NCBI GenBank assembly: GCA_965235115.1
Contig: OZ249436.1
Location: 52,640,001 to 52,700,000 of the forward strand
DNA: 60,000 bases
Reading direction: 5' to 3'
Source: Laetmonice hystrix
Taxonomy: Eukaryota
Part shown: positions 50,129 to 60,000 of the stretch, piece by piece
Numbering within the stretch: position 1 is the first letter of the stretch
How the letters are laid out: every line of letters begins with the position of its first letter
Notes under the pieces: generated by a model
The model's input: only the letters and a program-made list of their open reading frames with translations
Databases searched by the model: none
Told to the model about the DNA's origin: nothing
Translations under genes and position numbers: made by a program

Positions 50129-52532
50129 CTGTAAACCACAGGTTCTCCTCCTACCATACACCACTGTAAACCACAGGTTCTCCTCCTACCATACACCACC
50201 GTAAACCACAGGTTCTCCTCCTACCATACACCACTGTAAACCACAGGTTCTCCTCCTACCATACACTACTGTAAACCACAGGTTCTCCTCCTACCATACA
50301 CTACTGTAAACTAGAGGTTCTCCTCCTACCATACACCACTGTAAACCACAGGTTCTCCTCCTACCATACACCACTGTAAACCACAGGTTCTCCTCCTATC
50401 ATACACCACTGTAAACCACAGGTTCTCCTACCATACACCACTGTAAACCACAGGTTCTCCTCCTACCATACACCACTGTAAAGGTTCTCCTCCTATCATA
50501 CACCACTGTAAACCACAGGTTCTCCTACCATACACAACTGTAAACCACAGGTTCTCCTACCATACACAACTGTAAACCACAGGTTCTCCTACAATACACC
50601 ACTGTAAACCACAGGTTCTCCTCCTACCATACACTACTGTAAAGGTTCTCCTCCTATCATACACCACTGTAAACCACAGGTTCTCCTCCTACCATACACT
50701 ACTGTAAAGGTTCTCCTCCTATCATACACCACTGTAAACCACAGGTTCTCCTACCATACACCACTGTAAACCACAGGTTCTCCGCCTACCATACACCACT
50801 GTAAAGGTTCTCCTCCTATCATACACCACTGTAAACCACAGGTTCTCCTACCATACACCACTGTAAACCACAGGTTCTCCTCCTACCATACACCACTGTA
50901 AACCACAGGTTCTCCTCCTACCATACACCACTGTAAACCACAGGTTCCCCTCCTACCATACACCACTGTAAACCACAGGTTCTCCTACCATAGACAACTG
51001 TAAACCACAGGTTCTCCTACCATACACAACTGTAAACCACAGGTTCTCCTACAATACACCACTGTAAACCACAGGATCTCCGCCTACCATACACCACTGT
51101 AAAGGTTCTCCTCCTATCATACACCACCGTAAACCACAGGTTCTCCTACCATACACCACTGTAAACCACAGGTTCTCCTCCTACCATACACCACCGTAAA
51201 CCACAGGTTCTCCTACCATACACTACTGTAAACCACAGGTTCTCCTCCTACCATACACCACTGTAAACCACAGGTTCTCCTACAATACACCACTGTAAAC
51301 CACAGGTTCTCCTCCTACCATACACCACCGTAAACCACAGGTTCTCCTACAATACACCACTGTAAACCACAGGTTCTCCTCCTACAATACACCACTGTAA
51401 ACCACAGGTTCTCCGCCTACCATACACTACTGTAAACCACAGGTTCTCCTCCTACCATACACCACTGTAAACCACAGGTTCTCCTACAATACACCACTGT
51501 AAACCACAGGTTCTCCTCCTACCATACACCACTGTAAACCACAGGTTCTCCTCCTACCATACACTACTGTAAACCACAGGTTCCCCTCCTACCATACACT
51601 ACTGTAAACCACAGGTTCTCCTCCTACCATACACCACTGTAAACCACAGGTTCTCCTTCTACCATACACCACTGTAAACCACAGGTTCTTCTGCTACCAT
51701 ACACCACTGTAAACCACAGGTTCTCCTCCTATCATACACCACTGTAAACCACAGGTTCCCCTCCTACCATACACCACTGTAAACCACAGGTTCTCCTCCT
51801 ACCATACACCACTGTAAACCACAGGTTCTCCGCCTACCATACACCACTGTAAACCACAGGTTCTCCTCCTACCATACACCACTGTAAACCACAGGTTCTC
51901 CTCCTACCATACACCACTGTAAACCACAGGTTCTTCTGCTACCATACACCACTGTAAACCACAGGATCTCCGCCTACCATACACCACTGTAAAGGTTCTC
52001 CTCCTATCATACACCACTGTAAACCACAGGTTCTCCTACCATACACCACTGTAAACCACAGGTTCTCCTCCTACCATACACCACCGTAAACCACAGGTTC
52101 TCCTCCTACCATACACCACTGTAAACCACAGGTTCTCCTCCTACCATACACTACTGTAAACCACAGGTTCTCCTCCTACAATACACCACTGTAAACCACA
52201 GGTTCTCCTCCTACCATACACCACTGTAAACCACAGGTTCCTCTCCTACCATACACCACTGTAAACCACAGGTTCTCCTCCTACCATACACCACTGTAAA
52301 CCACAGGTTCTCCTCCTACCATACACCACCGTAAACCACAGGTTCTCCTACCATACACAACTGTAAACCACAGGTTCTCCTACAATACACCACTGTAAAC
52401 CACAGGATCTCCGCCTACCATACACCACTGTAAACCACAGGATCTCCGCCTACCATACACCACTGTAAAGGTTCTCCTCCTATCATACACCACTGTAAAC
52501 CACAGGTTCTCCTACCATACACCACTGTAAAC
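50129..52532. repeat. 35-bp minisatellite with 32- and 30-bp variants, about 70 copies
   Basis: Unit CTGTAAACCACAGGTTCTCCTCCTACCATACACCA. Confidence 0.97.
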
Positions 52533-52566
52533 TAGACTCTTTATCTCAGCTACCTACTCTCGTACA

Positions 52567-52830
52567 GGGCCCGGTTTTTTTGTTTACTTTTCCACCGTGA
52601 GCAAGGGTGAGCTGAGCTGAGCAAGGTGAGCATGAGCTCATTCTCACCGTTTTCGTGCTTTTTTTGGTTGCTTTTTTCCATGAAGTGTGCTCATGGCAAG
52701 CAAGCTCGCGGAAAACCACCCAAAAAAACGAAAACAGTGAGCAAAACGGTGAGAATGAGATCATGCTCACCCTTGCTCAGCTCAGCTCACGCTTGCTCAC
52801 GGTGGAAAAGTAAACAAAAAAACCGGGCCC
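52567..52830. mobile_element. Foldback/hairpin MITE
   Basis: Arms over 100 bp; outer 37 bp GGGCCCGGTTTTTTTGTTTACTTTTCCACCGTGAGCA are perfectly inverted; internal GTGAGC/GCTCA motifs; no clear TSD. Confidence 0.85.
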
Positions 52831-54035
52831 GGATCTTCTACCACCGATTGTCCTTCGCTCTGCTCTATTGCTGGTTTGAAAAAAGCGGCTATAAATACAC
52901 TTTTCACGCAGAAATCACATTGATTCGCACTAACGCGCATTCTTAAATTCGTGCCAATCAGACCGGAAGCGATTCGATGCGCATTAAAACCGAATTGCAG
53001 AATTCTACCAAACGCTTCGCTGCATGGGTGCGCTATTTGACCCAGGCGTGAATGGAACTGAGCGAATCGAAGCGCGGTGTAACAATAATGTGCCACCCTT
53101 TGCTATACTGTGTGGAAGGTGTTTTTAGTGATTCTAGTGTGCAAACAACCATATTCAACCGTCTGAATCAAATTTGAGAGGCAAAACGAACCAAGGAGAG
53201 AAATGACGTTCGTCAGTGCCAGTCTTCTCATTAGATGATTCAAAGTATGCGTGTCCTGACTCCCCTATAGAGGTGAAGCTCGGCTCACCTTATTGCCCGA
53301 TAATTCTGGTCGGTCTTGGGGCGGGGCCAGTACAGCACGCCTGTCGATGTCTGGCCTTTGAGGTTTTATATTCAAGAGACTTCCTCGGTGATATTGAAAT
53401 ATCATTTTCCATGTTCCCTTTTATGGTCACCATCTTCATTGTCCACCCACACACACGCCACGTGATCCGCTTCTTCTACCAGAACTAACAAAAACTATAG
53501 CACCTGCTGTCTGTTTATTATATTATTTTTCTCTTTCAAATACTAAATTATTCTCCAGATCTTCTCGACACGGCAACAGGGTGTACCGGACAGTCTGCAA
53601 GTAAAACCAGGTAGGACAATTTTTTTGAGACACAATTTTAATGTTGGTCTCACGTAAGGACTAGTTGAGATATAGCAACTTGAAAATTTCACCAGATATT
53701 AAGAACATCGATGTGTTTATTCCTGTAGATTTGTAGAAATTTGTGATATTTTGAAACATTAACGTCACAGTGCGACAAGTATTTTTATGTCCACCCGATA
53801 TATCTTAAATAGAAAAAGGGTGCGAATATGTTAACCTGATTTGGAAGTCCCAAACCAGGACTACGTATACCATTAGGCACCTTCCACTCCCAACGTCAGC
53901 AATTAAAGGTTTCTCAAAAAAACCATCCGTATAAGAAACGCATTAAAAAATAATACGAATGAGGGAGCGTCAGCAATAATGTATGGCTCTACATGTTTGG
54001 AGACAAGCATGTAAATCAGTGCCGTTTAAAGCAGA

Positions 54036-54123
54036 AAATTAATGAAGCAACGAGTCCCATATCTTCTTCTCGTCTCAATAAATTAATGGAGCAACGAGTC
54101 CCATATCTTCTTCTCGTCTCAAT
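54036..54123. repeat. 44-bp direct tandem duplication
   Basis: AAATTAATG(A/G)AGCAACGAGTCCCATATCTTCTTCTCGTCTCAAT twice. Confidence 0.9.
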
Positions 54124-57100
54124 TATGTAGTAGGATGTAACCACTGCCTTCTTGAATTACGAGTCGGTCCAGTTAAAAAAGTGGATGTGGATCTCAACTT
54201 CATATCTTGAAAATGTAACCGACACCTTATCTTATAGAATGAAACCTGTACGCAAACCTGTATCTCATCCACCCAGAAAAAGGGGGAAACATTGAATAGC
54301 TGAAAAATAAGCATGCTAACCCACCGTTCTTCATGGATAGGGAAAGCATGGTTGTTCAGCTGAATCCATCAATGAGGACAGATGATACCTGGCTGGACCA
54401 GGACGATCACGATTGACTTTGGGAAACGACTCAGGTAGACGCGTCGCCTACAGTCCCCCCCCCCCCAACACCCGACCCCCCCCCCCATACCTCACTCCAC
54501 CCCGCCCCAATGCCCACCCCTAACCACTGGAGACGGGCAGTTCGACCGGCGGAACACGCCAGAGTTCCCAGGTGGCTTCCCTCACGTCATGAGCACAATG
54601 GAAGCCAGCCTGAGGTGACGCGGCAGGGTCAGCGGCCGGCAGCAGTGTCTGGCCACCTCCCCCTCCCACTCTCTCCTGTCCCGCGTTCTCCGGACGGACG
54701 GCCGCGTATAATACGGTTATAGCACCAGCCTTGTGCAATGTCCTCCGCGATTCGTGCCGCGGGAGTTGTTAGCACAGTTCGCACTGAATCTCATCGTGTC
54801 GTTTCTCTACCACCCAGGTGTTTCTCCACTGACGTTTCCTGGCGCCAGCTGAATTGTCGTTTAGCCCTTTGAGCTATTTCGAGACATCAGCGTTGACAAA
54901 TACTAGGCTATCAGCGTTAGGGGGAACATATCTTCTATTACAAGTCAATAATTAGAGGAAATCGTCTTGTTGCTAAATCGTCTGATAGATAGGCTACGAG
55001 AAGAATGGTACTGAACTAGATGAGAAACCCCGTTAATACCGTTTACTGTACGTGTCAGGAAAAAATCTGAGCAATCTCTATGGTAATAATTCTAGCTCCG
55101 AGCACCGTTTTCCGATATGCGTTATCATCATTCTGAGATTCACCAGCCTCGAAGGCACGAGGACTCTATCAGAACCCAAGACTTTCTTCTCAACTTCCGT
55201 GCGGAGACTGGGGCTGGAGACCAGCCAAGGCTGAGACGGACGAGTGTGCATTTATACGAATGATAGTAGCGTTCGGGCATTATAGTTGCCAACTGCCTAA
55301 TCGTGCATGCGGACCTTCAGTCTGCGTGGGCGGGATAAAATAGCGACGATCGTACGGGAGGTCATCAGGCCTTAACTTATGAAATTGTTGTTGTGGCGTC
55401 CTCGAGGTGGCCACGCGCGTCGCAATGACCTTATAAAGTCAGCCCCCAACGAAATAGAGTCGACATTACGTGTCGGGCAAGCAGTGCCAATCCACTTTGG
55501 TCAGCGGGTCCCAGCTACTTTAGATACCATAGGGGCACAGGCAAGTCCCACGGGCGCCTTAAGTTGTCACTAATAGAATACGCCCCCCTCTTGCACCTAG
55601 CCCCTGAAGGCAGAATGAAGATGGCTCCCTACAGCAGACGATCGTTTCACTGCTGAGCAGCTGCCGTGCATGGGTAGCTATGACAACAGCTGTTGGAACG
55701 ACTCATCCTGGATGACCATACCTCACTGCCAGGGGCGACTGAGCTTGGAAGGCTCTTGTGACCTTTCCGTTTCCGGGCCGCAAGCTTCTGTCACGTCATA
55801 CTTGGAGGCAACAGGTATGTTGTTGAGTCATGTGCAGGGGACTCTCTGTTGAGAGTTCCCGGTATAACAACAGTTTTTTATGAGAGCACATGGCATTGTA
55901 AGAGCCTGGCCATGACCCTGCCAGCAGGGGGCATATCGCTTTCTCAGCAATGCCGCATTTGCCGGGTACAAATATCCACCCAGTGTAGAATGCCCTTTTA
56001 AAAACAAATCGCGAGTCAACGTTTGCCGTCCGAGTATTTACCTACTGGAGACCAATGCTCCCAAAACAAAGAATACAACGTAAATCGATTATGTCTATGT
56101 TGAGTTTAAATAAAATATTTTCAACAGGAGCATTCACACTGCCACCAACACCACGGTGAGGGCGAATAGAAAATTGGAAAAACTTCTGTTAGATCGGTGT
56201 GGGCGTCGGTGGCTCTTTCCCACTGCAACCGGCGTCTGGCTATCGGCATCGGCGTCGTCGGCGGCGGCCATAGGTTTACAGGCCACCATGTTTCATTAGA
56301 TGTTGCAGATTCATTTCCGTTTACTTCGCCGGCTATCTTGCGAAGCATCAAAAGTATCGTAATCGGCCAAGTCAGACCTCGGGATTCACCCCAGGAGGTG
56401 TTCTGGTATATAGCACGGTCGACAGTTTGGTCGGAGCGCCATGCCATATCATGAATTAGCGACTTTCTGCGTTAAATAAAGCTGAAAACCAGCATCCAAC
56501 ACGAGGGTAAATCTAGTTTCCCATATTGACTGGTTAGGTAATCGTTAAACCTCATACCAGCACAACAACGCTAACAAACGACCAGACCATAAAAGGACGT
56601 AGGGAGATGCCTTTTTATAGATGTTATTAGAAAGGTCGCGAGTGAATGTGGAAGGAATGAGAGGCGATATGAATAATTCACCATCATTGGCAGTAAGGAG
56701 AGAAGAAATGGCTGCACACATCTCAACCCCAGTCCCGGATAGGCCTCGGGTGCTGAGGCTGAGACATGTTCAAGCCGGAATTAAATATCCGTCCTGAACG
56801 CCGCACAACATAGTTTTTTCTTCTTGCCGGAATGGACGGGGGCCGACCGTGATCTGCTTAGAAAATCTAATTAATTTATTAATTAACTGATTATATATAT
56901 ACCTATCTACGTACCTCCTTAACGGTTAACTTGGCTAAGCATGATGCCGGCAGCGAGATAGGAGTTCTATCTACACCCGTATAGGTGCAATGAATAAGAT
57001 AAATGCATCCATGCATGTATAAACCTTATACACATATCCAAATAATCAACCTTCAAAACGGTAAGCAAGGATTTACAAATCCCATAGGAGTAAAAGGTTT

Positions 57101-57502
57101 GTTCACCGACAATAACGCAGACTTCCTTTCGGTCGCTCGCAGGAGAACCCAGCGTCTTTGTACGGTGTAAGATATCTAGTCTATAAACCACCAGCCAACG
57201 TTCAAAACTTGTGAACAGTAGTGAACATACTCATGTGATTTCCTATGCATATTGTCAATAGCACTGTGAATATCAGCCCCCACTGTGTGCCCCCTATTTG
57301 CCCTGAGCCAAAAGGGCACTGTTCTTTTATTTTTAAAGGTCAGGAAGACGTCGAGTAAAGCATCATGATTTCAGGTTCTTGATGACAAATTTTAATTCTG
57401 AATTCGATGTTTAGAAGAAAGGCATCTTTCAGATTCGAACCTTGTCATGTTTCTGTTGTTCATTTCGCTGGGCTTTCATATAAAAGACAGGCCGACTTCT
57501 GT

Positions 57503-57838
57503 GCTGTGTTTAGACAGGATAGACCGGATTACTGGTCCTGTTTATCTACCGATCGCTAACCCGCTATACCGCACAGACACAGTCTTCATACACAGGCGAT
57601 ATACCGGCAGCGATGCGACCTGTCTTCTCGCGAGAAGTGTCACCGACAGTACCATGTTGTATAGCCTAATCCGGCAAGCGTGTTCAGACCGAGGTCTAAC
57701 CGATGTTTCGGTCACTAAACCGTCATGCCAGCCGGACTAGCTAGGCGACCTGACTCAGGCGATGTAGCGTGTTCACACAGAGATAGCTACCAATATTTTG
57801 GTTGCTAGCCGATATACCGTCTCTGTCTGAACACAGCA
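57503..57838. mobile_element. Probable Harbinger-like MITE (degenerate)
   Basis: TGCTGTGTTT(C)AGACAG is inverted at both ends, with a related internal GCGTGTTCA(G/C)AC motif; TSD not conserved. Confidence 0.5.
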
Positions 57839-58900
57839 TTAGAATACGATGTCCGCCAAGTCATACACATAGTACTTGGGAGACGTTGCCTGGAGTTTCC
57901 TGCCGAGAGATACAATAAAGAAGGATTAATCCTTCATTTGTCTTTCATCTGTGCGCTCCTCGAATGTCCTAAAAAAAAGTATGATCTTTAGATCGCGCTG
58001 CAGGGGAAGTGACACAGGGTGACAACCGAATCTCTTTTAGTGGTCGCGTGCGACACGGTAAAGGCGATGAATGGACCAATGCGTGATTTCGCAATTTTGA
58101 ACGCAAGAAAACCATTCAGACGACAACTAACGTGAAAAGGTGTGTTTTGTGGTATCCCTAATGAAATAATTTCAAAATAATTCGAGCAATAACTAGGCGA
58201 ATCGCGGTTGCGACGATTAGCGAATAATAGTAAAAGAAAACAAACATATTTGAATTTGCTCTGCCTGTCATTATAGATCGGTAAGTGTCGTCATCCTGAC
58301 CCTCCGTCATGTGTCATCCGTTACGTGCCATGATGGCACAGGCTTCACAGTCGTGCATATCGCAAAAGTCACATCGCAACGCAATTTACCAAAGTAGTTC
58401 ACCCGCTGCACTGACTGGTGAGAAACCTAACATAGTTATGATGTTCGAAGCTTCCGAAGTGTTTACTCGTGCACGGCGTCTCTACTCTGCTTTCCAATTT
58501 AGCTCGATTCCAATTACGTCCGGACTTTTCGGGACGCAATGAAAGCCATCCCAAAGGCGAATGGACGTCACTGTAGGCCTGTATGGGAAATCCGCCCCGT
58601 GACACCTGCAGAAATGTGAACCTGTTGGCAGGGTGTTGCCCGGAGGGCCCAGGTCACTGTTAACCTCATTGAAAGGGTGATCCCAACTGGGAGACACTCG
58701 CGCTGTGTTCACTTGCTGACCGCTGGGACAGTGGTCTGCCCGGGGTCGGACTCAATTGTTCGAGAGGCAGCTGTTGGGTCTGGCCGATAATAGGAGAGGT
58801 TCGGGACCGCTGGGGGCAATGGTGGGTATGCATGGCACAACGTAGGATGTGGTTGCATGGCTGCTATGGTGGTGGTGGTGGTGGTGGTGGTGGGGGGGGG

Positions 58901-60000
58901 GGTTGGCAGGGCCACACGGTACGGTGTGGGTTGTGGTGGTTGGCAGGGCCACACGGTACGGTGTGGGTTGTGGTGGTTGGCAGGGCCACACGGTACGGTG
59001 TGGGTTGTGGTGGTTGGTAGGACCACACGGTACGGTGTGGGTTGTGGGGGTTGGTAGGGCCACACGGTACGGTGTGGGTTGTGGTGGTTGGCAGGGCCAC
59101 ACGGTACGGTGTGGGTTGTGGTGGTTGGCAGGACCACACGGTACGGTGCGGGTTGTGGTGGTTGGCAGGGTCACACGGTACGGTGTGGGTTGTGGTGGTT
59201 GGTAGGACCACACGGTACGGTGTGGGTTGTGGTGGTTGGCAGTGTGGGTTGTGGTGGTTGGCAGGACCACACGGTACGGTGTGGGTTGTGGTGGTTGGTA
59301 GGGCCACACGGTACGGTGTGGGTTGTGGTGGTTGTTAGGACCACACGGTACGGTGTGGGTTGTGGTGGTTGGCAGTGTGGGTTGTGGTGGTTGGTAGGGT
59401 CACACGGTACGGTGTGGGTTGTGGTGGTTGGTAGGACCACACGGTACGGTGTGGGTTGTGGTGGTTGGTAGGGTCACACGGTACGGTGTGGGTTGTGGTG
59501 GTTGGTAGGGCCACACGGTACGGTGTGGGTTGTGGTGGTTGGTAGGACCACACGGTACGGTGCGGGTTGTGGTGGTTGGCAGGACCACACGGTACGGTGT
59601 GGGTTGTAGTGGTTGGCAGGACCACACGGTATGGTGTGGGTTGTGGTGGTTGGCAGTGTGGGCTGTGGTGGTTGGTAGGACCACACGGTACGGTGTGGGT
59701 TGTGGTGGTTGGCAGTGTGGGTTGTGGTGGTTGGTAGGGCCACACGGTACGGTGTGGGTTGTGGTGGTTGGTAGGGCCACACGGTACGGTGTGGGTTGTG
59801 GTGGTTGGTAGGGCCACACGGTACGGTGTGGGTTGTGGGGGTTGGCAGGACCACACGGTACGGTGTGGGTTGTGGTGGTTGGTAGGGCCACACTGTACAT
59901 TGTGTGTTGTGGTGGGTAGGAGGACCACACGGTACGGTGTGGGTTGTGGTGGTTGGTAGGACCACACGGTATGGTGTGGGTTGTGGTGGTTGGCAGTGTG
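58901..60000. repeat. G/T-rich 37-bp minisatellite with 22-bp deletion variants, running off the window end, preceded by (GGT)n
   Basis: Unit GGTTGG(C/T)AGG(G/A)CCACACGGTACGGTGTGGGTTGTGGT. Confidence 0.96.

Noticed and set aside
58709..59967. Pro/Thr/His-rich mucin- or extensin-like ORFs
   Set aside because: Produced by a 37-bp (non-3n) satellite cycling through all frames.
15621..60000. Tandem arrays as CRISPR arrays
   Set aside because: Units are contiguous with no unique spacers, there are no cas genes, and the context is an intron-containing eukaryotic locus.

Overview
This is eukaryotic (invertebrate animal, probably lophotrochozoan) genomic DNA and is mostly non-coding. One protein-coding gene is well supported: a rhodopsin-class neuropeptide GPCR of the luqin/RYamide-receptor type on the + strand, with two coding exons (29542-30387, 35692-36267; about 473 aa) joined by a phase-0 GT-AG intron. 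That intron carries an apparently exact 1368-bp tandem duplication. The rest of the window holds non-autonomous DNA transposons recognisable by TIRs and TSDs (PIF/Harbinger-like, Tc1/mariner-pogo-like, TTAA-flanked Kolobok-like, Zator-like, foldback types) and many large-unit minisatellites (21, 33, 35, 37, 42, 43, 63 bp). Most long ORFs in the ORF track are by-products of these arrays. I found no prokaryotic system, CRISPR array, rRNA or intact tRNA, and I cannot show a new biological system from sequence alone. The best leads are a 34-bp perfect palindrome with a 7-bp TSD (a possible minimal P-type element), two adjacent frame-preserving minisatellites that could encode a repeat protein, the exact intronic duplication, and an in-frame uORF plus a distant candidate first exon for the receptor.
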